A stretch of DNA of 64,000 nucleotides from Gammaproteobacteria bacterium. Lineage in GTDB: Bacteria > Pseudomonadota > Gammaproteobacteria > Ga0077536. Of the stretch, positions 38,462 to 47,618 are shown in pieces (positions within the stretch are counted from its first letter, which is position 1; each line of letters begins with the position of its first letter). The translations under genes were made by a program, and so were the position numbers. The notes under the pieces are model-generated. The model saw only the letters and a list, made by a program, of their open reading frames with translations, did no database searches and was not told the origin of the DNA. The DNA lies in contig CAXXLL010000003.1 of the NCBI GenBank assembly GCA_963662545.2, positions 1,344,001-1,408,000 on the forward strand. The letters are read 5' to 3'.

Positions 38462-39094
38462 GTGATGATGAAGAATATTGCGGGCGCGTTGGTCTTGATC
38501 TTTGCATCGAGCGGCGCCACGACGGCACTGGCGGAAGCGGATCTCGAACGAGGCAAGCAGTTCTTTCAGGTTTGCGTCGCCTGCCACGGCGCCAATGGCG
38601 AGGGCAACCAGTTGCTCAACGCGCCTGCCAACGGTGGACAGAATATCTGGTATGTCATGCGGCAGTTGAGAAACTTCCGCGCCGGCATTCGCGGCTCGGA
38701 TCCCAAGGATCTCTACGGCATCCAGATGCGCCCGATGGCGATGACCCTGTCGGACGATCAAGCAGTCGTCGACGTCGCCGCCTACATCGGCACTCTGGAC
38801 GTGCCGGTACCGCCCAAGACCGTGGAGGGCGACGTCGAGGCGGGTAAGAAAGCGTTTGTCACCTGCATGCCCTGCCACGGCGAGAACGGGGAAGGCGCCA
38901 AATCGCTCAACGCCCCCCGCTTGTCCCGACAGCACGACTGGTACATCGTCAGGCAGCTCAACAACTTCAAATCCGGTGTGCGGGGTGCACATGCCAAGGA
39001 CATCTACGGGCAGCAAATGCGGCCGATGGCGCAGATCCTCGCGACCGATGAGCAGGTCAATGACGTCGCCGCGTATCTCAACACGCTGAAATAA
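38462..39094 (+). CDS. Diheme cytochrome c (c4/c553-like), exported
   Basis: Signal peptide, CVACH and CMPCH, and internally duplicated Y..RQL.NF..G.RG....D.YG.QMRPMA. Confidence 0.92.
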   Translation: MMMKNIAGALVLIFASSGATTALAEADLERGKQFFQVCVACHGANGEGNQLLNAPANGGQNIWYVMRQLRNFRAGIRGSDPKDLYGIQMRPMAMTLSDDQAVVDVAAYIGTLDVPVPPKTVEGDVEAGKKAFVTCMPCHGENGEGAKSLNAPRLSRQHDWYIVRQLNNFKSGVRGAHAKDIYGQQMRPMAQILATDEQVNDVAAYLNTLK

Positions 39095-39141
39095 TCCGCG
39101 AGTGCGGGTTGTTTTGAATCGTGCGCGGCGGCGCGGGCGCT

Positions 39142-40086
39142 TCAGCCGACGCGTTCGGTGGCTGCGGCCCGGCCGACCTGAAGCGCGGCCTCGCGCCAAC
39201 GCCGGTTGTCGATGTAATCCTGCATCGCGGCCCCCTCGGTCTCGAGTTCGTCCATCCGCGCCTTCACGACGTCACCGATACTAACGATGCCCTTGAGCTT
39301 ACCGGCGTCGACGATCGGTATGTGGCGGATGCGGCGATCGGTCATACACGACATTAATTCCTGCAGCGTGTCGTTAGGATAGCCGACGATGACGTCGTGG
39401 GTCATAACCTTCGTGAGGGGTTCGGTCAAGACGTCTGCGCCAAACTTCGCCACCCCGATGACGACGTCCCGCTCCGAGAACACGCCGATCAGCTCGCCGT
39501 TCGAGTCGAGCACCACCGCGCTCCCAATCCGCCGTTCCGCGAGCAGCTTGTTGCCGTCGTAGACCGTCATATCCGGGCCGACCGAGATGACATCGGCCCC
39601 CTTGCTCTCCAGGATGTTCGCGGCCGTGACGTGAAATTCCCATTCGCCGGTATAGATTTCAGACACCAACTTGTCCATGAACTCTTTCGTGTACGGTTCC
39701 AGCGTCGGGTAGATACGAAAGCGGTCCGCGAGCGATCCGAGCGCACCGTATTTCGTGACCCATTCGAATTTCAACTGAATCGTGATGTTCTTCGGACCTT
39801 CTTCCATGCTCCAGGTCCGCAGCATTTTTTTTACCGGCAGAATGTAGTCCTCCGCTTCGACCTCCATGGTATAGCTCTTTTTTTCGTCCCAGGCGACGCA
39901 CTTTTCCTCCCACACGGCACCGCTTTCATGGTGCATGCGACGGACCAGTCCCAGTTGCTCGCCCGAGATCGTTTCCGCCATGACAATGAGGGGCGAGAAG
40001 GCCGTAAAGACATCGTGATCCGAGATGACCTTCCAGACGACGTCGGCATGGGCTTTGAGCTTTCTTTCGGCAACGTGACTTGGCAT
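39142..40086 (-). CDS. SRPBCC (polyketide cyclase-like) plus tandem CBS domain protein
   Basis: N-terminal ADVVWKVISD...P helix-grip pattern. C-terminal IGVFSERD and MTDRRIRHIPIVD.GKLKGIVSIGDVVK. Confidence 0.8.
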   Translation of the reverse strand: MPSHVAERKLKAHADVVWKVISDHDVFTAFSPLIVMAETISGEQLGLVRRMHHESGAVWEEKCVAWDEKKSYTMEVEAEDYILPVKKMLRTWSMEEGPKNITIQLKFEWVTKYGALGSLADRFRIYPTLEPYTKEFMDKLVSEIYTGEWEFHVTAANILESKGADVISVGPDMTVYDGNKLLAERRIGSAVVLDSNGELIGVFSERDVVIGVAKFGADVLTEPLTKVMTHDVIVGYPNDTLQELMSCMTDRRIRHIPIVDAGKLKGIVSIGDVVKARMDELETEGAAMQDYIDNRRWREAALQVGRAAATERVG

Positions 40087-40401
40087 TGTTGCACCTTCCC
40101 GCACTTACTTTATGACAGTATTGCTCTCCCCCGGATCCGGGATCGCTCTGGGGCGGCGGCTTTCACCTGATTGCAATCTTGGCCTTATAATCCGGCACAA
40201 ACAAGGTTTATGCGCAAGGGCTCGACTTGAGCGGCGGGCGACCGGGGAGGGGTTTCGCGGGCAACTGGACGGTCGTAGAATGTGGTCAGGGGGGAGGAAA
40301 CCAGCGTCGAAAAACGCGGCTAAGCCATCGCGGCCGCATGGCATCATTCGGCTGCCCGAAATGATATATTCCGTTCCGCCTCCGACCGCTTTTGTAAAAT
40401 C

Positions 40402-42657
40402 GTGAATAACAATATCAACAGAAGAGATTTTCTAAAATTCGTCGGTGCCGGGGGCGTTGGCACCGGAGCGGGAATACTCTACGGGGAGAGCACCAAAAGA
40501 ACGGTCGAGTTGCTGATCCCCCAGGTCGTCCCGCCGGAGGATTACTCGCCCGGCATCGCGACCTGGTACAACACCGTCTGCCACCAGTGCTCCGCCGGCT
40601 GCGGCATCAGCGTCCGCGTTCGTGAAGGTCGGGCCAAGAAAATCGAAGGCAACCCCTTGCACCCCGTCAGCCAGGGACGCCTCTGTTCCCTGGGTCAAGC
40701 CGGCGTCAACGCGCTCTATAACCCGGACCGCATCCGCACGCCCTTGCAGCGATCAGGCGATCGGGGGTCTGGAGAATTCACCGAGATCTCCTGGGACGAC
40801 GCGCTGACCTCGCTCGGTAACACGCTCGGCAGCCTCAAGATCCAGAATCACGCCAACCGGGTTTTCATGTTGAGCGGCGGCGTACGCGGTCACCTCGACC
40901 TGCTGTTCTCGAATTTCATGAAGGAAATGGGTTCGGACCATTACCTGCAATACGATTTTACTTACCCGGTAAACACCTACGAGGCGAATCGCATTGCGTT
41001 CGGGACGAGCGTATTACCCTATTACGACATCAAGAATACCCATTACCTGCTTTCTTTCGGAGCGGATTATCTCGGCACCTGGCTGTCCCCGGTGCACTAC
41101 GGCGTTGCTTACGGCCACCTGCGGCAGGGCGAAGATCGCCAGCGCGGCAAGTGCGTGCAAATCGAACCGCGCATGTCGCTCAGTGGCGCTAACGCCGATG
41201 AATGGATCACCGTCAGCCCGGGAACCGAAGGCTTAGTGGCGCTTGGTATAGCCCACAGCATCCTGGCCGGCGGGCATTACACCGGCGCCGACAGCGCCGA
41301 ATGGACGCAGGCGCTCGCGTCCTATTCACCCGCGACGGTCTCTGAGCGAACGGGCGTTGCGGCACCCCTTATCTCGAGAATCGCCGAGGAATTCATGCGC
41401 GCCGAACCCGGGCTGGCGATCGGCGGCGGCGGCGCGGCGGCGGGAACCAACGGTGTTGCCACCCTCGTTGCGGTCAATGTGTTGAATACCCTGAGCGGAA
41501 ATCTGGGCCAGCCGGGTGGCGTATTGTTCAATCCCGATCCGGTCATCGCCGGCGCACCGAAGCAGCGCCTGGCGAGCCATGCCGACATGCTCAAGCTGAT
41601 CGACGCAATGTCCGGCAAGGAGGTCGAGGTGCTGTTAGTGCACCAGGCGAACCCCGCTTACACGCTTCCGCCGGCAGCCAACTTCGTACAAGCCCTAGGT
41701 AATGTCGGGCAGGTCGTGAGCCTGTCGAGCTTCATGGACGAAACCACCGCCATGGCCGACCTCATCCTGCCGACGCATACCTATCTCGAAGCATGGGCCG
41801 ACGACGTTCCCGAGCCCGGCGTCGGTGTGCCCGTCGCCTCGATTTCACAACCCGTCGTCACGCCGGTTTTCGATACGCGGGCAAGCGGCGACATCATCCT
41901 GGCGCTCGCGCATCAGATCGGCGGTGAACTGCCGGCGAAGCTGCCGTGGAATCAGACCGAGGACTACCTCAAGGACAGCTGGAAGCAGATCTATGCCGAG
42001 CAGTCCGAACAGGACGCTTCGTTCAGCTTCGACGATTTCTGGCGGGCCGCTCTCAAAGCAGGGGTCTGGGCGGAAAAGAACGCGGCCCCGGCGCCGCAAA
42101 TAACTGGCCCGGTGGAAACGCTCAAGCAGAATTTGAAAATGCCCGCGGCTTCGTTCGATGGAGACGCCGGCGAGTTTCCCTACTACCTGCATCCCTATCT
42201 GACACAGGCTTTCCGCGATGGCGGCGGCGCGAACCTGCCGTGGATGCAGGAGTTACCAGACCCGTTGACGAGCGTGGTGTACGCATCGTGGGTGGAACTC
42301 AATCCCCAGACCGCGGCCGACATGGGCATCAACGAGGGAGACATCCTCGAAGTGAGTTCCCCCGCAGGCACCGTCAGAGCCCCGGCGTTCCTGTATCCCG
42401 GCATTCGACCTGACGTCGTTGCGATGCCGTTCGGACAGGGCCATCTGAAATACGGCCGCTATGCGAGCGGCCGGGGTGCAAATCCGATCGAAGTCGTGGG
42501 GCAGCTAACAGACGAAGACAGCGGCGCCCTCGCGTGGGCCGCAACGCGCGTCAAACTGCGCAATACCGGCGAACGGTTCAAGCTGATCAAGACCGATGGC
42601 GTGAGCCGGACACTCGGCAGACAGATCCTGGGCCCGGCGGAATCGGGACATGGTTAA
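40402..42657 (+). CDS. actB1: Tat-exported molybdopterin oxidoreductase-fold subunit (ActB1/QrcB-like)
   Basis: Tat motif RRDFLK, CHQCSAGC...GRLC, KIEGNP.HP.S.G, ADLILP..TYLE.W.D and ANLPWMQELPDP. Confidence 0.85.
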   Translation: MNNNINRRDFLKFVGAGGVGTGAGILYGESTKRTVELLIPQVVPPEDYSPGIATWYNTVCHQCSAGCGISVRVREGRAKKIEGNPLHPVSQGRLCSLGQAGVNALYNPDRIRTPLQRSGDRGSGEFTEISWDDALTSLGNTLGSLKIQNHANRVFMLSGGVRGHLDLLFSNFMKEMGSDHYLQYDFTYPVNTYEANRIAFGTSVLPYYDIKNTHYLLSFGADYLGTWLSPVHYGVAYGHLRQGEDRQRGKCVQIEPRMSLSGANADEWITVSPGTEGLVALGIAHSILAGGHYTGADSAEWTQALASYSPATVSERTGVAAPLISRIAEEFMRAEPGLAIGGGGAAAGTNGVATLVAVNVLNTLSGNLGQPGGVLFNPDPVIAGAPKQRLASHADMLKLIDAMSGKEVEVLLVHQANPAYTLPPAANFVQALGNVGQVVSLSSFMDETTAMADLILPTHTYLEAWADDVPEPGVGVPVASISQPVVTPVFDTRASGDIILALAHQIGGELPAKLPWNQTEDYLKDSWKQIYAEQSEQDASFSFDDFWRAALKAGVWAEKNAAPAPQITGPVETLKQNLKMPAASFDGDAGEFPYYLHPYLTQAFRDGGGANLPWMQELPDPLTSVVYASWVELNPQTAADMGINEGDILEVSSPAGTVRAPAFLYPGIRPDVVAMPFGQGHLKYGRYASGRGANPIEVVGQLTDEDSGALAWAATRVKLRNTGERFKLIKTDGVSRTLGRQILGPAESGHG

Positions 42658-42669
42658 AGAGGATGAGCA

Positions 42670-43428
42670 ATGGTAGATCTCGTCGAAAAATTCAGGCGAT
42701 ACACCAAACCGGGCTATTACGATACTTTCGATTACCACTGGACGATGAGCATCGATCTGGATCGGTGCACCGGCTGTGGTGCCTGTGTCGTCGCCTGTCA
42801 GGCGGAAAATAATCTGCCGATCGTGGGCGAGGATCATTTTCGCGAACGCCGCGAGATCAAATGGCTTCGCATCGAGCGGTATTGGGAAGGCGAGTACCCG
42901 AATGTGAAACTCAGGTTTCTCCCGATGCTCTGCCAGCAGTGTGACCAGGCACCGTGTGAAACGCCATGCCCGGTGGCGGCGACCTACCACAACCAGGACG
43001 GCCTCAACACCCAGATTTACAACCGGTGCATCGGCACCCGCACCTGTGCCGTCTACTGTCCGTATGAGGTGCGCTATTTCAACTGGTTCACCTACACCTG
43101 GGATGAACCCCTGGAGCAGCAGTTGAACCCCGACGTGACGGTCAGGGAAAAGGGCGTGATGGAGAAATGCACGTTCTGCATTCAACGCATCCGCCTGGCG
43201 AAGGATACGGCCAAGGACGATGATCGCCGACGCGTGCGCGACGGCGAAGTGACGCCCGCCTGCGTACAGACATGCCCGACAGAAGCCATGGTGTTCGGCA
43301 ACCTGAACGACCCGGACAGCCGGATTGCCAAGATGGTGAAGGACGAGCGCAGCTACCATGTCCTGGAGGAGCTCAATACCTCTCCCTCCATCGTGTATTT
43401 GACGAAAGTCGACGCTCAACATGGCTGA
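42670..43428 (+). CDS. actB2: Fe-S electron-transfer subunit (ActB2/QrcC-like)
   Basis: CTGCGACVVAC, CQQC..APCE..CP, CIGTRTCAVYCP (ActB-type 3Fe-4S) and GVMEKCTFC...PAC..TCP. Confidence 0.9.
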   Translation: MVDLVEKFRRYTKPGYYDTFDYHWTMSIDLDRCTGCGACVVACQAENNLPIVGEDHFRERREIKWLRIERYWEGEYPNVKLRFLPMLCQQCDQAPCETPCPVAATYHNQDGLNTQIYNRCIGTRTCAVYCPYEVRYFNWFTYTWDEPLEQQLNPDVTVREKGVMEKCTFCIQRIRLAKDTAKDDDRRRVRDGEVTPACVQTCPTEAMVFGNLNDPDSRIAKMVKDERSYHVLEELNTSPSIVYLTKVDAQHG

Positions 43429-44746
43429 ACACCAAGAACCCACTTACGCCGAAGTCAACCAAGATGTTCTCGATACCCTGCTCCACACGGGGCGGGGGTA
43501 TTGGATTCTGCTCGGAGTGAGCATAACAGTCGTTCTCGTTTGTTTCGTCGGGCCGTGGATCTATCAGTTGAACGTCGGCATCGGCGCCTCCGGCATGAAT
43601 CGAAACGCGGTTTGGGGCACTTATCTTTCCAACTTCATTTTCTGGATCGGCCTGTCCCATTCGGGCACCCTGCTGTCGGCAATCCTGCACATCACACACA
43701 GTTCCTGGCGCAACGCCATCTACCGCAGCGCGGAAGCGATGACGTTGTTCTCGCTTATGACGGCGGCCTGTTTCGTGATGGTGCACCTCGGCCGGGTCTG
43801 GTTCATTCACTGGAGCGCGCCTATTCCGAACGAAATGGGCCTGTGGCCGAACTTTCGCTCGCCGCTTATGTTCGACGTCATGGCCATCACGACCTACCTG
43901 ACGGCGAGCTCGATCTTTATCTATATGGGATCAGTACCGGACTACGCCGCCGTGCGCGATGCCAGCACGGGCTTGCGCCGCCGGCTTTACACGATCTTTT
44001 CCTTTGGCTGGCGCGGCACCGCCAAGGAATGGCATACGCTGGCCGCGGCCTACCTGTTCTTCGCGGTGTTCGTGATCCCGCTTGCGGTCTCCGTCCACAG
44101 TATCGTGTCCTGGGACTTCGCCTTGTCGATCGTTCCGGGTTTTCACCACACCATATTTGCACCCTATTTCGTCTGCGGCGCCATCTATTCGGGCACGGCC
44201 GGCATCGTGACCGTGATGTACCTGCTGCGTAGAACCATGCATCTCGAGCGCTACATTCGCGAGATTCACGTCGACAACCTAGGCAAGCTCCTCCTCGCCC
44301 TGTCGCTGGTATGGACCTATATCAATGCGCTGGAGCTTTTCACCGGATGGTACAGCGGCACCTCCTATGAGATTGAGGCGCTCAAGTTCAAGATGTTCGG
44401 CTTTTACGCGCCGCTGTTCTGGGAAATGATACTGTTCTGCGCGGTCGTGCCGATGCTGATCTGGTTCAACAGGATCCGCTTGAACTGGACCGCCATGTTC
44501 TGTATATCCATCCTCATCAATATCGGCATGCTGACCGAGCGGTTCATCATCGTCGCCACCAGTCAGCCGATCAAGTTCCTGCCGAGCGCCTTCGGTTTCT
44601 ACTTTCCGAGCATGATCGAAATCTCGATCACCATCGGTTCCTTCGGCATCTTCACTACCTTGTTTCTACTCTTCATCAAGTGGACACCGTGTATTTCCAT
44701 TTACGAAGTGAAGGAAACCCTGAGACCACTGACTAGGGGGGCGTAG
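43421..44746 (+). CDS. actC: NrfD/PsrC-family quinol-binding membrane subunit of ACIII
   Basis: WG..I.NF.FWIG..H.GTL.SAIL, R.AEAMT, HLGR.W, WPNFRSPL..D, VSVHSIVS.DFA and TIF.PYFV.GAI.SG. Confidence 0.92.
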   Translation: MAEHQEPTYAEVNQDVLDTLLHTGRGYWILLGVSITVVLVCFVGPWIYQLNVGIGASGMNRNAVWGTYLSNFIFWIGLSHSGTLLSAILHITHSSWRNAIYRSAEAMTLFSLMTAACFVMVHLGRVWFIHWSAPIPNEMGLWPNFRSPLMFDVMAITTYLTASSIFIYMGSVPDYAAVRDASTGLRRRLYTIFSFGWRGTAKEWHTLAAAYLFFAVFVIPLAVSVHSIVSWDFALSIVPGFHHTIFAPYFVCGAIYSGTAGIVTVMYLLRRTMHLERYIREIHVDNLGKLLLALSLVWTYINALELFTGWYSGTSYEIEALKFKMFGFYAPLFWEMILFCAVVPMLIWFNRIRLNWTAMFCISILINIGMLTERFIIVATSQPIKFLPSAFGFYFPSMIEISITIGSFGIFTTLFLLFIKWTPCISIYEVKETLRPLTRGA

Positions 44747-45256
44747 ATGACCAAGAGCGTAATGGGCATGTTCCGCTACCAGGAGGATTCGCTGGCCGCG
44801 GCGAAGAAGCTCAAGTCCTCGGGTTTCGCCAATCCCCATATGATGTCGCCGATCCCGGTGCACGATGCCTACGAAGCGCTGGAATACGGGGTGTCTGCCG
44901 TGCGCCGCTTTTCACTGGCCGGCGCCATCGTCGGCGCGATTTCCGGGTTCAGCCTGGCCGTAGCCTGCGCCCTGGTCTTCATCCTGCCGACGGGCGGTCG
45001 CGCGATCATTGCGGTCCCGCCCTTTCTGATCATCACCTATGAGATGACCATCCTCTTCGGCGTGCTGGCTACCCTGCTCGGATTCCACTTCGTCTCGGGC
45101 CTGCCGGCCTGGCGCGATGCGCCCTATCGTCCCGAAGTGATCGTCGATCGCTTTTCGGTGGTCGTGGACTACGAAGAGGAATCACAACGGGCGGACGCGG
45201 AGCGGCTGCTTCGCGAAGCGGGCGCAGAAGACGTGCACAACATGGAAATCGAATGA
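44747..45256 (+). CDS. actD: DUF3341 membrane subunit of ACIII
   Basis: SP.PVH, two transmembrane helices, GGR...A.P.F.IITYE.TILF and L.EAGA..V. Lies directly after actC. Confidence 0.88.
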   Translation: MTKSVMGMFRYQEDSLAAAKKLKSSGFANPHMMSPIPVHDAYEALEYGVSAVRRFSLAGAIVGAISGFSLAVACALVFILPTGGRAIIAVPPFLIITYEMTILFGVLATLLGFHFVSGLPAWRDAPYRPEVIVDRFSVVVDYEEESQRADAERLLREAGAEDVHNMEIE

Positions 45257-45786
45257 TGCTCAGGCGATACGCCGTACTCGCCACCGCCGTTGCCGGCCTG
45301 GTCGTCTCGGGGCCCATCGGCGCGCTGCCGTGGGACAAGGACATGAAGAATCAACCGTCGATCAAACCGCAGGAATCCCAAGTCGAAACGAACCGGACTT
45401 CGGTTCCAAGGGACGGCGGTGACCTCTACGGTCCGCCCGCCGATACGACCGAGCTGGTGAGGATGCGCCTCGAAGCCGGCGCCCTGCCGAATCCGCAGCC
45501 CAAGACGGCGGAATCGCTGAACCGGGGCAAGGACTTGTACGACGTCCACTGCGCCATCTGTCACGGCACGGAAGGTCGCGGAGACGGACCGGTCGGCAAA
45601 AAATACATACCCGACCCGATGGACCTGACGCTCGAATACGTTCAGCTGCAGCCCGACGGCCAACTGTATTACACCATCAGCCACGGCAGTATCGCGATGC
45701 CGTATTACCGCGATTCGATCGCGCGGCACGAGCGCTGGCATGTCATCAACTACATCAAGGAAGTTCTGAGGGGTAAGCCCGAATGA
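45253..45786 (+). CDS. actE: Monoheme cytochrome c subunit of ACIII
   Basis: DM..QPS.KPQE, RG..LY...CAICHG..G.GDG.V, DG.LYYTI.HG...MP.Y and ERW.VI.YI. Confidence 0.88.
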   Translation: MMLRRYAVLATAVAGLVVSGPIGALPWDKDMKNQPSIKPQESQVETNRTSVPRDGGDLYGPPADTTELVRMRLEAGALPNPQPKTAESLNRGKDLYDVHCAICHGTEGRGDGPVGKKYIPDPMDLTLEYVQLQPDGQLYYTISHGSIAMPYYRDSIARHERWHVINYIKEVLRGKPE

Positions 45787-47051
45787 ACGGCACGGGTCAA
45801 TTGGCGCTCGGCGTCCCCGACGAGGCACCGGGCTATGCGTTCACCTTGACGACAGCCGTTCTGCTGTTCCTGGCTGCAACGAGCTGGTTCGTCTATGCGC
45901 TGCTGACCGAGCCGTCCGCCCAGGCCTGGGGTTATCTGGTCGTCAATTTCCTCTACGTTCTCGGGGTCAGTCAGTTCGGCATCGCTTTTTGCGCGCTCAT
46001 GCGTTTGTGCGGTGCCAAGTGGGCCCGGACCTTCTATCCCATCGCCGCGATGATCACGCTGGCTTTCTGTCCCTTCGCGATCATTGGGTTTCTGTTCATC
46101 TACGCCTTTGGAAGCGAACATATCCTGTATTGGCTCGCGGCGCCCGAAAGCGCGCACTTGAGCCCGTGGCTGGATTCGAAGCTGTTGCTATATCGCAATC
46201 TCGGGGCACAAGTGCTGTTCTACGGTATCGCTGTCTACTATGCCGCGCTCGGTCTGTCTCCTGAAATTCCGCAAGACGAACTGAACAAGGGGCCCGGGTG
46301 GCGGCAGGTGCTGCTCCATTGGGTATCGTCATTCCGAAAGGGTCGCGACGACGCGTTGATCGAGGACCGGCTGTATCGTTGGTCTCCGATCGTCCTGATC
46401 GCCGCGATATTGGCAAATACGTTCATCGCGTGGGATTTTTCCATGATGCTGGTCGCCCACTATCACAGCACGGTGTTCCCGATGTATTTCATCCTGGGGA
46501 ACATGTACGGCGGAGCCGGCCTGATCCTGATCATCTCGATCATCATGTTGCGCTTCATACCGGTCAGCGAACACTTCAAGACGACACATTTGCGCAGCAT
46601 GGCCATCCTTATGACCGGTTTTCTACTGTTGTGGCTCTACATGTTCTGGGCCCAGTTCTTCGTCAGCTGGTTCGGCAACCTACCGCACGAATATGGCGTA
46701 TTGTCGGTGCAGATGTACGGGCATTACGCGCCGGTTTTCTGGGCGATGATGACCTGCAACACCCTGATTCCACTCGCCGCGCTGCTCTTCGTCAAGGTGA
46801 AGACGACGTGGTGGATGATGATAGTGGTCGCTTGCGTCATCAACAGCGGCATCTGGTTGAACCGCTACCTGCTGGTCATGCCGGGCCTGAGCGAGGATCA
46901 CCGGTTCTTCGGGTCGATCACTGAGATTACGATGACCGTGGGTTTATTTGCCGGGTTTCTCACACTCTTGCTATTATTTTTCAACGCCATTCCGGTGGTG
47001 TCGACATGGGAGAAGAGCGACCCTGCCGATCACGGCCGCATCTGGAAATAG
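45783..47051 (+). CDS. actF: NrfD-like membrane subunit of ACIII
   Basis: About 10 transmembrane segments, L.GAKWAR, WDF.M.L..HY.STVF and LW.Y.FWAQF...W.GNLP.E. Confidence 0.85.
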   Translation: MNGTGQLALGVPDEAPGYAFTLTTAVLLFLAATSWFVYALLTEPSAQAWGYLVVNFLYVLGVSQFGIAFCALMRLCGAKWARTFYPIAAMITLAFCPFAIIGFLFIYAFGSEHILYWLAAPESAHLSPWLDSKLLLYRNLGAQVLFYGIAVYYAALGLSPEIPQDELNKGPGWRQVLLHWVSSFRKGRDDALIEDRLYRWSPIVLIAAILANTFIAWDFSMMLVAHYHSTVFPMYFILGNMYGGAGLILIISIIMLRFIPVSEHFKTTHLRSMAILMTGFLLLWLYMFWAQFFVSWFGNLPHEYGVLSVQMYGHYAPVFWAMMTCNTLIPLAALLFVKVKTTWWMMIVVACVINSGIWLNRYLLVMPGLSEDHRFFGSITEITMTVGLFAGFLTLLLLFFNAIPVVSTWEKSDPADHGRIWK

Positions 47052-47079
47052 ATTCGGCATCGATTAAGAGCAAATCTTT

Positions 47080-47595
47080 ATGCGAACACCATCCGAAACG
47101 CTAATTTTCAAGGCTGCCTACGGTCTCGTCGGCCTGCTTGTGCTAATCGCGTCGTTGCTCGCCGGATGCGAGCGCCCGAAGGAGACCCCCGTTGGGACGG
47201 ACCGGGTCGCCCTGGAGGCCAACGAGCATCTGAAGACTTTCGGCGACTACACGCTGCACGTCAATGCGCTGACGACCGATCAGCTTCCCTCGGAGGTCGC
47301 AAAAGAGTACCGGATCTCCAGAAGTACCAGCCGCGCAATGCTCAATGTCGTCGTTACCACTAAATCCGACGGCGCCGACAAACCGGTAACGGCGTCGGTC
47401 ATCGCCAACGCGAGGAACCTCGCAGGGCAGTTCAAGGATTTGGAGATGCGTGAAATTCTCGAAAAGAACGCCATCTACTACATTGCCGATATAGCGGTGG
47501 ACGACCAGGAAACACTGATCTTCGACATTGACGTCATCCCAGTTAACGAAACCGACGTGTTGAAGCTGAGCTACAAGCACGAATTCTTCCACTAG
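47080..47595 (+). CDS. DUF4426-like lipoprotein
   Basis: Lipobox LLAGC, with FGDY..H.NA..T..L..EVA..Y.I.RS..RA.LNV.V and A.NL.GQ...L..REI.E..AIYYI. Confidence 0.8.
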   Translation: MRTPSETLIFKAAYGLVGLLVLIASLLAGCERPKETPVGTDRVALEANEHLKTFGDYTLHVNALTTDQLPSEVAKEYRISRSTSRAMLNVVVTTKSDGADKPVTASVIANARNLAGQFKDLEMREILEKNAIYYIADIAVDDQETLIFDIDVIPVNETDVLKLSYKHEFFH

Positions 47596-47618
47596 CCCGC
47601 CTTCGTGCAATTGGCCGG

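Noticed and set aside
38462-39094. Internal sequence duplication in the cytochrome gene
   Set aside because: This is the normal two-domain architecture of c4-type diheme cytochromes.
40402-42657. Nitrate, formate or DMSO reductase catalytic subunit
   Set aside because: Context (ActC/D/E/F) and the ANLPWMQELPDP motif fit ActB/QrcB. I could not identify a clear Mo-ligand motif.
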